A stretch of DNA of 64,000 bases from Octopus sinensis (GCF_006345805.1 NC_043003.1:24366001-24430000); one strand, 5' to 3'. Shown: positions 27,140-40,856, counted from the stretch's first letter. A program made the numbers and translations. Notes: generated from the letters alone by a model not told the origin.

Positions 27140-27897
27140 TGCCAGAACGTCCGTTCGATTTTTAAGCAAAAACTATGACACAAGTTTTGTACAAAAAGCG
27201 ATTTATTCAATCAATGATATAATCGCCGTTTCATTCCAGTATCTTCTACCATATTGTGAGCAGATCCATTATTCTTTACTCAAAGAATTTCCAGTCTTTA
27301 CTGGCAAAAAAGGTTTCCCTGTGAATTTTTACATCCTCTTCGGAGTTGAAGGTTTGTCCATTCAATGAATTTTGAAAAAATTGAAACAAGAAGAAATTGA
27401 AGGCGCAAAGTCAGCAAAATATGGAGGGTACTGTATAACTTTCCAACCATGCTCCTCGTAAATTCTGTTGCTTCTGGAAAGAAGTATGTTGTTTGATATT
27501 GACATGATGAAATACAATGCCCTTACGATTGACAAGTATTAGACGCTCCTTTCTAGTAGATCGCTGCATTTAATTTGACCAGCTGATCACTGGTACACAT
27601 TTGAATTGATGGTCCTACTCGTGGAAATAATCTCGTAAAAGACAACACCCTTCCAGTCTCACCAAATTGAAAGCATGTCCTTCTTCGAGTGAAGGCCTGC
27701 TTTGATTATTGTAATGATTCACTACGTCTCCCCACGGCCGTTTGCGTTTCACATTGCTACAGACGATCCAATTTTCGTTCCTCGTCACAATTCTCTTCAA
27801 AAACGGATGGTTTTCTTCACAGCTCTGCAACGAATCTCAAATGGAAATCTGTTGGGCAAAATTTAACCTCGTTCAATTGATGAAGGACCTAAATATC
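27140..27897 (-). mobile_element. Mariner transposase relic (DD34D region)
   Basis: Minus: DI*VLHQLNE (WVPHEL-like), PFLKRIVTRNENW, QYPPYFADFAPS (YSPDLAPS-like), QNSLNGQTFNSEEDVK..NGDYIID*. Confidence 0.8.
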
Positions 27898-27920
27898 GAT
27901 ATTTAGGTCCTTCATCAATT
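27875..27920. repeat. Perfect 46-bp palindrome with no spacer
   Basis: AATTGATGAAGGACCTAAATATC|GATATTTAGGTCCTTCATCAATT. Confidence 0.95.
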
Positions 27921-30227
27921 AATTTTTGTTTTGTTTTGGGGTTCATTTTTGTTTGTTTTTTTTTCTCTTGTTTGCATTATCCACCAACAAATGCACTTTT
28001 CGCACATTTGTTGATGAATAATACAATGGCATAAATTAATTTTTTTGAAAGTTTTCGGCTTGATATGCAATGAGCAATAAATCCTTTATTGCAGCCTATC
28101 TCTAGTTATTGATTCAAGTTTCTGAAGTGTTAAACTGTCCTCATACGTAATTTATTTTTTCTGCATATTTGTATATTGTAAACATCTTTTCCCTATGTTT
28201 TACCTTCTAATGGAGAACGTATTGTAAAGAATTCTTTTTCCATAGTAATATCCTCAAAAACTAACCGAATATAAATACACGTTTGAGCGACGCAGATAAT
28301 ATCCGTTGATTCCTCCATTTACAATGAAAAAAATAGTTTTGCACGCTGAAATATCTTTATACATTTCTTTCACTATTACGCCATCAAACATTGTTTCAAT
28401 CCTTCTAATTACAGTATTTTTTGGTGACTAGAACCCATTTACTGCATTCGTATATCAGCTTTGTTTAGTTGCTTTTCTTTCCTAATTTACAAATAGCAAG
28501 TTACTATCCACCACAATACTTCCTTCATTTTTTTTTTTTTTTACCATTGCTCAAATATTATTTTTTAAGCTCCACAATTATATGCAGTAGCCTAAAAAAC
28601 TGCAATTGTAGCAGCTGAAGATTTAGAAATTGACGCTTTGTAAAAATTTATTGTTGCTTTTCCAAACAAAAAATTAAATCTTTCGTTTTTCTCATTTCCG
28701 AATTTAGAGGAAGCTACGTTGCAAATGTTTTATGAATAGAATTTAAATATTTTTTCTCCTTTGTATCGCTTTGCTGCAACGATATTTGCATAGCAAATTA
28801 AACACGTTCATTTCTCTTTAATCATTGCAAACAAAAATTGCTCTTTCTATTCTTTGTTATAACAGTATGTCTTTTTGGCCTTTTATGTTGTTGACAATCC
28901 ATTATTAGTGGTATTTTTTGAAAAAAATGGAATAGCGGTATTGTTGGTGTAGGGTATTATAATGATATTACTATATGGATTTAGAGCATATGATAGTAAG
29001 CCGTTCAAATATTGTTTTTTTCTCTGTTGGATAAAAACTGTTTATTGAAAAAAATGTAGAAAGATTGTGGCATGTGTTTCAAAAATAGTTTTCCAGAAAC
29101 TGTAAGGCATGATTATCTTGATTTATTTTATTAATCAGTTGGTTTTATTATTATTTTTTTATGAAATCTATAACATTATGGCTGTTACGATCTATGTATA
29201 GAACGCTTAACTATGGAACCAAATAGAAGATATAATCTGTACACACAGCTTTCATAATATTGACTGATAAACTATGGAACGGAATCGAAAACATAATATA
29301 TTTTAGACATAACATATATATCATTTATATTATTTGCATGAGAAGCCACAAAATATCAATATTGAAATTCAAGTGATATCTGATATGTGTGTATGCGTGC
29401 ATGTATATATATATATATGTGTGTGTGTGTATATATATATATATATCGATGTACACAGTACAAAATATGATCCAATAGCTCCTTACTTTGGAGATGTGGA
29501 TCTAGACAGGGTTTTATATCATGCCTTGTGTCTTCCAGCAATCTCTGACTCTGAGCACTTGGTCTATACAATTTTCAAATAAGGACGTTGGTACTCGAGA
29601 CATAACCAGAAAAAATAAAATGGTAGATGCAAAATGTGGAAGAGTTAATAGAAACAGAAACGAAAGGAAATTAGTGTTATGTCCCCTTTGTCCGTAAAGC
29701 CATAATTACGTTAGTTACTAGATCACTACAGTGAGTGATCCAAATCTGCGCGACAGCTGCTCAATCCGGGGATGATGGTGTCCTCTCGTTCGCCAAAAGA
29801 AATTTGCACATATGTTTGCATTTGCTAAACATTTAGGATCTGGAATTCAATAGCACAGGGAAATTCTTAGAACTAAAAAAGAATATGCGATATTTCAGCT
29901 ATGGATAAGTTGCATTTCTTAGATCCCTTAACATATTGCAGGGATTTCTCAGGGACACTTCAAGTGATTGTACATGGTGTGCAGTTGATCTTCAAACCCC
30001 ATATGTGGCCTGCCAAATTATTGGCTTTACTTCTATCGCTGTACCTGAAAGAAAACAGGTGGTTTGCATAACGTCTTTCGAAATCGCCCTTGAATAACCC
30101 AATGTAATCCAAAAGAAAAAGTACATCCTGTTAATGAAACGAATGCAAGATGGTTTCCCATTTTCTTCTGTAAATATGCAGATGTGTGTGTGTGAGTGTG
30201 TGTGCGCGTGTGTGTGTATTTATACAA

Positions 30228-30630
30228 GCGTAGGTGTCTGGTAAGAAGCTTGCTTCCCAACCACATGGTTCCGGGTTCAGTCCCACTGCGTCAGTCCCAC
30301 TGCGTCAGTCCCACTGCGTCAGTCCCACTGCGTCAGTCCCACTGGACAAGTGTCTTCTACTATAGCCTCGGGCCGGCCAAAGCCTTCTGAGTGGATTTGG
30401 TAGACGGAAACTGAAAGAAACCCGTTGTACATATATATGTATGTGTATGTGTGTGTGTGTTTGTCCTCCCACCATCTCTTGATAACCAATGTTGGTGTGT
30501 TTACGTCCCTGTAACTTAGCGCTTCGGCAAAACAGACCGATAGAATAAGTATTAGGCTTACAAAGAGTAAGTCCTGGGGGTCTTACTGCATGGTTGCAGT
30601 CAAATGATTGAAACAAATAAAAGAATAAAA
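30228..30630 (+). mobile_element. SINE family A with an internal 14-bp tandem expansion
   Basis: CAGTCCCACTGCGT x4 plus 11 bp at 30278-30344. Confidence 0.85.
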
Positions 30631-30636
30631 TAATAT

Positions 30637-30757
<121 letters not shown>

Positions 30758-30863
30758 CAAAACTTACTTGGAAAAGGATGCGTGGCGTTCGATCATATAA
30801 TAATATAAATAATATATAATATATAGTATTATTTATATTATATATATATATTATATTATATAT

Positions 30864-30896
<33 letters not shown>

Positions 30897-31289
30897 TATA
30901 TTATATATATATATATATTATATATATATATAACAAATGAGGGGGTGTATTTCCACGCAGGGAAAAACACGACGGAATAAGAATCAGAGAAATTGTAAAC
31001 CAATTCCCTTTTTTTTACTATCTTCATTTCTCCCTTGTTTTTCTCCCTCTTAACTCAGTATGACTGAAACTTTGATGATATTCATTTCTTGTCGATCACT
31101 ACTTACACTAGTGAACTTTAAACAAATTGATGGACAGTTTTTATATTATTGACTGTTATGAACATTTAAACTTGTCAACATTGAAACTTTTAAACATGTT
31201 TTTCTAATTCATAAATCTAAATTTTCACCATTGATAAACAAAAAATATTGTTGAAAATAGTTTGGTATATATATAAATAAAATTGTTTT

Positions 31290-31361
31290 AAACAATTACA
31301 AGTTTTTCAAATTTAGGTGCATCTTCAACAACAATATATATATATAATTTAGGTGCATCTT

Positions 31362-31407
<46 letters not shown>

Positions 31408-31453
31408 TTTGTTGTTGAAGATGCACCTAAATTTGAAAAACTTGTAATTGTTT
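31290..31453. repeat. Inverted repeat around (TA)n with an extra direct duplication
   Basis: AAACAATTACAAGTTTTTCAAATTTAGGTGCATCTTCAACAACAA, a second AATTTAGGTGCATCTTCAACAACAAATAT, (TA)n, then the reverse complement at 31405-31453. Confidence 0.9.
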
Positions 31454-32155
31454 GAAATGAAGATAGTAAAAAAAAGGGAATATATATATATGTTTACATA
31501 TATATATATATATGTTTACATATATATATGTAAATATATATATAGACATACATATACATACATATAAATATGTATATTTTATATATATTATATATATGTA
31601 TTTATATATATGTATACATATATATCTATGTAAATATATACATACATATACATACATATATATGTATATTTTTTATATATATTATATATATATGTATGTA
31701 TATATATATTTATATATACATATATATATGTAAATATATATATACATACATATATATAAATGTATATTTTATATATATATTATGTATATATATGTGCATA
31801 TATATATATGAATATATTGATTAATTGATTAATGTACATAGTTATGAGCTACTTATTAGTATCCACCTTCCTCTCGTTTTATTTCTCGTGATTTCTCTTC
31901 TATTATCCCGATTTGTAGCTTGTGTAGGCCATGTGCTCAGAGACTAAATATTGCTTGGAGACACTAGGCGCGTTACTGAACCTGCCACGATAGTATTTTC
32001 AATGTATGAATCTACAAGTAGTTCATAATTATATATTGTGTACAAGAAGCAACATTTATCTCTCGCAGGATGGAGTACTGTTTCGTTGATCGGGAAGGTA
32101 AACTATATATATATATATCGAGAGAGAGAGGCAGACAGACAGAGACAAAGACAGA

Positions 32156-32201
<46 letters not shown>

Positions 32202-32880
32202 ATGACTCAGAAATACTGAAATAAATTAAATCTTAGAAATGCTCTCCGTTATGCTAAAGTACTCTATAAGCATGTAAACACATCCCTTCCTTGTTTTCGA
32301 TTTACAGGGGGGAAAACAATTTCATGACAGGTAATGTTCGGGATTTGCTGATCGCTCGTCACAGAAGACATACATAATCTTCTTCCATAATCATTGTGTT
32401 AGTTATTAAATCTAGCAGCAGGTAATTTAGCTAATGCCGTGTTGTACGACGTAATTTACTCATTTTTACTTTAGGTGTCTCATCATCATATATTAAACAA
32501 TATATATTTGATAAAAACAGATATATATAATCAAAACGGACATTGTCATCCCAAAAACTATAGAAATTTGAAACTATAAAGTATTAAAACGAACTAGCGA
32601 ACTAAACGTATTAACATAGTCTAAGAACACAGGTTATAAAGACATAAAATGGAAAATAATGACCCAAGGAATAATTAATCAAGAATATTAAACGCATACA
32701 TTAATTAAAAAACATAAATCAATAAATATTGCTACCTCACAGCCGATAACACATAAAAGCTTAAACATGAAAACAATTAAATGAACTAAAAGTAATCAAT
32801 GGAATAATATATCGCTTTAACTATCAGGCATCCATCATCTCAAAGCAACACGATATGACAATAAACTAATGTAGATCTAA

Positions 32881-33266
32881 TCTATATATATAAAGCTAAA
32901 GTTGTCTGTGTGTGGCAGGTTTGGTAGCCTTCAACTAACACCATCTCCTCCAAGACCCTGCGGCGCAAGTTGACTAAAATTGAGAGTATGATAGAAGGCT
33001 TGCTCTTCATTCCTTGAAAGATAAAATTGATCGGATCATGTTAAGACCAAATATTATTTACATCAAAAAGGTGCTTTTTTTTCTATGAAAATCCCTATTT
33101 TTTACGATTTTTTTACTACTGTGTCGCCATTTTTTGGTGTATTTCAACCAGAAACATGTTCACTTGAAGGGAATAACAAGCTACATAATGCAAAAGTTTT
33201 ACTTTTCAAAAATTCCAATTCTACAGGGTCGAAACAAACCCGAGCAACGCCGGGCGATACTGCTAG
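32881..33266 (+). mobile_element. Non-autonomous Helitron-like element
   Basis: A|TCTATATATATAAAG..CCCGAGCAACGCCGGGCGATACTGCTAG|T. Confidence 0.8.
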
Positions 33267-33289
33267 TATCTATTAAAAATTAACCTTAG

Positions 33290-33500
33290 GCAGGTTTATG
33301 GTTGAGTTTGTGGCAGTGGAATCAGTGGAATCCTCCGGCGTTCTTGGTCCCTGGACGATATCCCTGCTCACTGCTCTTGGGGCGGAGATGGCTGTCCGCA
33401 AGTACGAGCCCTATGTGTCAGAGTGGCTGTTCCAGCACATCTCCGCCTTTCTCTGAGGCAACGTCTTTTCTATTTTGTCTACTTAGGCCATGAGGTGGTC
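33290..33500 (+). mobile_element. 3' end of a CRE-like (RLE-type) non-LTR retrotransposon
   Basis: Translation FVAVESVESSGVLGPWTISLLTALG..EPYVSEWLFQHISAFL/RGNVFSIL resembles the FVPVAVET.G..G..WLFQRIS...RGNA C-terminus. Confidence 0.6.
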
Positions 33501-33727
33501 TGACTTAGAGGAAATTACGTATAGGTTATACTCTTTAAATACTTAGATCCAAGCAATAATTTATTATTTTAATTCTACCATAGGATTATAGATGCTATTT
33601 CTACCTAAAAAATAAGTATGAAATATAAAATCACAACGAAACTATACACTATATAATTACAAATTTATCGCTTGACTTAATCGCTATTTACCGCCAAAAT
33701 ACTAATATGTGTGTGCGTGTTTGAGTG

Positions 33728-33778
<51 letters not shown>

Positions 33779-33789
33779 CAAAATAACGC

Positions 33790-34060
33790 AAAACATCCGG
33801 ACAACTAGGTGATACAAAAGGGGACAACAAAACATCCAGATAGACGATACAAAAAAAAACACGGTCGGGTCATTCGAAGCCTTTATCTTCAGTCAAGAAC
33901 CGGATCATCCTCGCAATTTCGGCTGATTAATCTTGAGATTGCTCCAATCTGGCCAGCCCCAAGGAAAAACTAAGCTAAGAGCATTAGATTCCTTGGAAAA
34001 AAGCATCGAATGTATACGAAAACAAGGACGGAAAAACAGACGATGTTACACGAATATAAA
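33790..34060 (-). mobile_element. Repeat relic, possibly a PLE pLTR
   Basis: Minus strand CAGCCGAAATTGCG..GACTGAAGATAAAGGCTTCGAATG, resembling PLE terminal motifs; no ORF support. Confidence 0.3.
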
Positions 34061-34099
34061 TACAAAATAAAATAAAAAACAATAATAATAATAATATAT

Positions 34100-34147
<48 letters not shown>

Positions 34148-34812
34148 AATGGATTGCGGGTTCGTTTCTCTTTTTGCTATCTGTGATATTATTTTCGACC
34201 TTCTATATAAATGAAGATATTTCCTCCGTCTGGCTGCTTTTCTTTCTACAATACAGAAAGTTACATTGCGGACCAGACATTTTAACAAGTTAGATTTATT
34301 TATCACCCGACGAGATTCATCTGCACCACCGGATGCTCCTGAACCAGTTGGTCAGTGTCCCACCCATGAGGAATCGATGCTGGATGTGGTGAAACAATTG
34401 TCGTAATTAATAATAAATTCTCGTATATTCCATCTTCTGTTTTTTATTTGCAACATATATATATATATACATGCATGTATGTATAGGTATATGTATATAT
34501 ATGTATGTATGTATATGAATATGTATGTATATAAATGTTTATATTTATGTCGACTAAAGATTTTGCATTAAAGAAGGATTTCTCAATATTTTTTAAAGTT
34601 CATATTTATTATATTCCATGAACTGTTGCTCATGATTATCCGTGAACTGTTGTGTCACCAATAGTTCAAGGTACCTGAAAAACCCGCGTATCTCGGTAAC
34701 CCGTTGTCCGATTTACGCGAAACTTGTTTTAGTCGATATTTTGACCTTTTAGCTCGATGTAGTCGTTATCATTTTCCTTGTAAGTTCATTTCGTATATAG
34801 GCATATACATAC

Positions 34813-34877
<65 letters not shown>

Positions 34878-35407
34878 ATATATATTATATATATATATAT
34901 ATGTATATATATACACTTACAGATATGCATACAGATGTGTGTGTCTGTGTGTCTGTGTGTGTGTGTCTGTGTGTGTGTTAAGTGGCAATGCATGAATAAA
35001 ATATATGCATATGCAAATTAAAAATTCGTTCATACTCGAACGTGGGAAGAGATTTCGCTGCAGAAAAAGTCTCACGAGAATTATCTCCTCTTAGAAAACT
35101 TGCATGAAAGCAAATTTGACTTATGAATGTCGTTATCGGATCGAGAGACGCATGCTTTTCTCAATTTTCAGCTGGCTCGTGCAACTTTATTCAATTATTT
35201 CCAGCTTGACCAAGTTTAATATACTGTTTGTTGTTCGTCTATACTTAAACTATCATTCTAATAGGACGTATTTGGTGTTATCGTGTTGTTTCCACAGGTG
35301 CACACACAAACACACATACATTTATATATAATATATATATATATATATATTTGTGTGTGTGTGTGGTGTGTGTGTGTGTGTAGATATATAATTGTGTATG
35401 TGTATGC

Positions 35408-35464
<57 letters not shown>

Positions 35465-35548
35465 AGGGAATATCAATTCCGGCGTCACAAGGATGAGATA
35501 TTCAAGTTAAGAATATTAAGTTGAATATTTCTCATTTAATAAATACAT

Positions 35549-35868
35549 ATATATCAAAGTATCATTAGAGACAGAAATCCCCATAAATTCATCAAATCAG
35601 AATATAAATTCAACCATATCATAGAATATTATATTTAATACTTACTATTCATGTTCAAAGTCGTCGACTACACGTGTTTCATGAGGTTGTATACCTCATA
35701 AGATTGCGTGACTCAAGAACATAGTATCACCTCATGAAACACGTGTAGTCGACAACTTTGAACATGAATAGTAAGTATTAAATATAATATTCTATGACAT
35801 GGTTGAATTTATATTCTGATTTGATGAATTTTATGGGGATTTATGTCTCTAATGATACTTTGATATAT
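35549..35868. repeat. Long inverted repeat (~140-bp arms, 41-bp spacer)
   Basis: 35549-35687 is the reverse complement of 35729-35868 with about 4 differences. Confidence 0.95.
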
Positions 35869-35911
35869 TTGTGTTTGTGTGTATCGATATATATATATAT
35901 ATATGTATATA

Positions 35912-35945
<34 letters not shown>

Positions 35946-35961
35946 GATATATATATATTAT

Positions 35962-35998
<37 letters not shown>

Positions 35999-35999
35999 G

Positions 36000-36137
36000 A
36001 CAGGTTAGGGACTGGTATCTTCCAACGGATGCATGACATGTCGCTTAGTCGAATTAACCCAATATTTACTCCCTAAATATTTTGTCCTTTCAACCCATGT
36101 CATTTTAATCCCGAGCAATGCCGGGTATCTCTGCTAA
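36000..36137 (+). mobile_element. Helitron-like 3' end fragment
   Basis: CCCGAGCAATGCCGGGTATCTCTGCTAAT, a variant hairpin plus CTAG-like end. Confidence 0.5.
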
Positions 36138-36196
36138 TAAATAAATATTAGATAGATAGATAATAGATAGATAGATAGATATAGATAGATAGATAG

Positions 36197-36307
<111 letters not shown>

Positions 36308-36722
36308 ATAGATGTATTGGTAAATACATATGCATATATGTGTGTGGTGTATGTATAGATTGATACGCACATACATGCACACATGCATGAATATACTTAT
36401 ATAATTTATGTATTTACACATGAAATTTAAGAATTAAGAACGCAAACAGGTTTTGCTAAATATACAAAAATAGATATTTCAAATGGCATCAGCCGGTTGC
36501 GATTAATCCGCCGCTCCATTTCTTTCGAACATTAATAACGTTTAACGATTTTTGTTTCAATTTCGACCGCTTGTTTTGTTTTATGGGAGAAATACCATGT
36601 TTTGCAATAAACCGTTTTGCCACGCATCGATTGTCGATAAACACAATTCAAATACACATAATTATATGCCTATATATATATATATACATAATTATTTATA
36701 TATATATATATACATAATTATT

Positions 36723-36772
<50 letters not shown>

Positions 36773-37152
36773 TGTATGTATGTAGTATGTATGTATGTAT
36801 GTATGTATGTATGTATGAACATGTTTGATGTATCAAAGGTAGAGAAAATAATTATGAGTGGGTTAGCATTATTGATACAGAAATCGCTATAAAAATCCAA
36901 TAGAAATGAACGAAGGTGGGTTGTATTCGGTATATAAGGGAAAGGAAAGATGAGATAAGAACATATCTGGTGGTGGTGGTGGTGGAACATAGAGAGAAAT
37001 ATACTGTAGGATGAGGGAGGTTTAATATATATGAGTGTACGGTATGAGTTTTATTCTAACGGTTCAAATACTCATGAATGTAAAAGAAAAACCAGAATTT
37101 TGAGAATGTATGCTTGTGTATAAATACATGTATGCATGTATGAATATGTTCG

Positions 37153-37232
<80 letters not shown>

Positions 37233-37313
37233 GTGTGTGTATGCATATAGAACTGGATAAAATAGTAGAAACACTTTGTTATATGGAGATTTTGTTATTT
37301 AATATGGTGTTTA

Positions 37314-37525
37314 AGGAGGCGAGCTGGCAGAATCGTTAGCACGCTGGACGAAATACTTAGCAGTATTTCGCCCGTCGCTACGTTCTGAGGTCAAAATCCG
37401 CCGAGGTCGATTTTGCCATTCATCCTTTCGGGGGTTGATGAATTAAGTACCAGTGAAACACTGGGGTTCATGTATTCGACTAGCCCCCATCATACTTTCA
37501 GGCTTTGTGCTTATATTAGAAATGA
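37314..37525 (+). mobile_element. SINE family B
   Basis: GGCGAGCTGGCAGAATCGTTAGCACG head. Confidence 0.85.
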
Positions 37526-37599
37526 TTATTTAATACGATGTTAGTCCAAGTTTAGCATCAGTCACAGCTTTGATAATTCAATGATATGACTCCTACAGG

Positions 37600-37915
37600 T
37601 TAGGGGAATTATGATCCATTATTCAACTAAAACCTACTTTACTTCTTCCAGCAATGATGGCAGAAGAAAGCGGTTCCTTACTTGCTACTCCAAAATGCAC
37701 CTTGAATGTTCGGATATACTGAGTGGGTGATTGTGGGCTAATCCAAGTGGTCTACTTCACGTTTGTGCTCTTTCTACTCAATTTGAACAACATTAGCCGT
37801 ATAGATTGGTGCATTATCTTCATGGAACATTGTGCTACAATCAGAAAACAATGTTTTTACCTGAAGATGGACATGATTAGCCAAAATACTCACATAATCC
37901 CTGGACCAAGATAAT
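37600..37915 (-). mobile_element. Tc1-like transposase relic
   Basis: Minus: DYVSILANHVHLQVKTLF..MFHEDNAPIYTANVVQ..EHKREVDHLD (FQDDNAPxHTA-like). Confidence 0.7.
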
Positions 37916-38028
37916 TCTGTTATGAATGTGTGTGCGTGTGAGTGTGCACACGCAAATATAGACAGATACTTACTTACATATATTTGTATACAAATACATA
38001 CATACATATATATATATATATATTATAT

Positions 38029-38062
<34 letters not shown>

Positions 38063-38090
38063 GATATATATATATATATATATATTATTC

Positions 38091-38122
<32 letters not shown>

Positions 38123-38770
38123 TGTGTGTGTGTGTAAATATGCACACAGAACCGAGCAAGAATCAGAGTTGGAGGCTTCTTTGGTCCGTCTCCAAGTATA
38201 AATACACAACTGTCCCATCATGGCTGCAGTCTAATGACTGAAAAGGTAAAAGATGATTCCATTGAGTCATTGACCACTTATAACAGTCTAGACACTATCT
38301 TTTTTCTGTCAACAATGTTGATGAGACACGAGGCACAGGAGAGGTTTAACAATTGGAGCCCTTCCATGCATTAAGGAGCTTACGACAAGTGGTTTTGCTT
38401 GACATAAGATTGAAAAGATAGTCGTTTAACTCTGGTGTTATTTTTGCTGACGTAGTTCAATGGATTGTAGACACAAAACGTTTCACTATTTTGCGGCCCT
38501 TCACTGCGAACTTTGCCATTCGTTCAGAACTACGCTTGACAGGGTTGGTTTTACCTTAGTTTTGGAATGTCAACATGATTTTAGAGATTGTACGTGTTGA
38601 AAATTAGATTCAGCAGTTTTAGTAAATCGAGGACCAGTCAGCCATATTCCTCTTTAGAAATCAGATTCTAAATATAAATATATGGAAAAGAACACTGAGG
38701 CCTGTACTATGTATAACACAACGTATCATAATGCATAAGAATACGGTTTTAAATTTGTCATATTACCACA

Positions 38771-38860
<90 letters not shown>

Positions 38861-39061
38861 AGGCGGCGAGCTGCCAGAACCGTTAGCACGCCGGGCGAAA
38901 TGCGTAGCCGTATTTCGTCTGAGTTCTGAGTTCAAATTCCGCCGAGGTCGACTTTACCTTTCATCCTTTCGGGGTCGATAAATTAAGTACCAGTTACACT
39001 CTGGGGTCGATGTCCTGTTTGTCCCCTCTAGGTTTAGCCCATTGTGGGTAATAAAGAAATA
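38861..39061 (+). mobile_element. SINE family B
   Basis: Head plus TTTGTCCCCTCTAGGTTTAGCCC tail. Confidence 0.85.
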
Positions 39062-39077
39062 TATATATATATATATG

Positions 39078-39116
<39 letters not shown>

Positions 39117-39633
39117 TGTGTGTGTGTGTGTGTGTGTTGAAAAGATAGAGCGCGGTGGGGGCAAATGAGACTATATGAAATACCATACAAAATGAACTCT
39201 TCATTGAAATAATCTCCGCTTCCAGAGAAAGTTGCGCAATCGTTTGGTGGCAACAGATACCAACTCGAAATATGAATGAGAGACAGTCTCAACTTCCAAA
39301 CATTAGCCAAAATTATCATACACCATAAAGACAGCGTTTATATATGACGCGTATTAAGATAGAACCCGTGCCCACACCTATCCTCATGTCTCCATATAAC
39401 CAGGTGGTCTTTTCCTTAATGTTAGTTACGCAGAATTCTTGGTTCTTGAGATTATCTCCCCTTTACGTGTGTAGTTAGTCTCATTTGCCACAAGGCTTTT
39501 GATTATTCTTCTCTTGAAGAGAAGATTATTCTAATAAATCAAGGATGTATGGCATTAAATATACATTTACTTTAATATACATTTATTCTACTGGCCATTC
39601 TCTTAGCTTATTCTCGTTTATACACATATATAT

Positions 39634-39867
39634 ATTTCTTTACTACCCACAAGGGGCTAAACACAGAGGAGACAAACAAGGACAGACAAACGGATTAAGT
39701 CAATTACATCGACCCCCAGTGCGTAACTGGTACTTAATTTATCGACCCCGGAAGGATTAAAGGCAAAGTCGACCTAAGCGGGATTTAAACCCAGAAAGTA
39801 ACGGCAGACGAAATACGGCTTCGCATTTCGCCCGGCGTGCTAACGTTTCTGCCAGTTCGCCGCCTTA
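39634..39867 (-). mobile_element. SINE family B
   Basis: Full reverse-complement copy. Confidence 0.85.
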
Positions 39868-39963
39868 ACTGTGCATACACATATGTATATATGTGCATAT
39901 ACATATACACATATATACATCCATCCATCCATACATACATACATACATACATACATACATACA

Positions 39964-39995
<32 letters not shown>

Positions 39996-40329
39996 ATATA
40001 AGAATGTATAAAAATTTATACACGGAAAGAAGACCACCATGTGAACTTCTTATATGCTAAAAACGGCCATCAAGTCCCAAATCACTTAACGCACATTGCT
40101 TGTAATCGAGCTGGACACTTGAATATATAAAAGTCTCAGTTAACTCTATACCAATAAGTTTCACTATTAATGATCAAATAAATCAATTAATTAGTCAATT
40201 ACTAGATTAATTGACCATTTGTGGCTCGTCAGTAGAGTCGCTGGAAAAGGTATAATTATGAAACTATAATACATACCGATACACACACACACGCACACAC
40301 ACTCACATACACACACAAATATATATATA

Positions 40330-40632
40330 CTAGCAGTATCGCCCAGCATTGCTCGGGTTTGTAAGGGAAATAACTATATAAACATTTTTAGAGAGTTACT
40401 TCCCTTATATAATAGCAAAAAAATGCATTAAAAATGGGAAAAAATGATGGTAATTTTTTTTTTTAATCGTAGACTCATCGTAGACGCGCGCTAATACCCA
40501 GAAGGGTTCGATATGAATCACGACTATAAGATACCCGCTTTTGGTTACACTGCACCGCAAAATGTGGGAGTAGTTAGGAATCTAAATCGTAGGAGACAGA
40601 CACTGACACAACTTCACTTTTATATATTAAGA
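40330..40632 (-). mobile_element. Non-autonomous Helitron-like element
   Basis: CTAGCAGTATCGCCC.. at left and ..TTTTATATATTAAGA at right; same family as 8177. Confidence 0.8.
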
Positions 40633-40856
40633 TTACACGGTGAATTTTAACTTACGTATCTTCCGTAAATAACTGACATTTTCTTTGCTCTAGTTGTTGT
40701 CAAATGTGTTTGCTTAGTTTCTATCTCTTTTGTAAGCTTTATCTGAACATTTTCCAACCTTTGCCTAATATAAATCCTAACGTTTTCTACCCTTTTAGGC
40801 CCTTCTTTTTTATACATTACGAATTACTCTTCCAACCTTTTTCGATGTATTAAGAA

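Noticed and set aside
29900-30120. Acceptor-like sites on both strands with ~50-codon frames
   Set aside because: Conflicting strands and frames, and no recognisable protein
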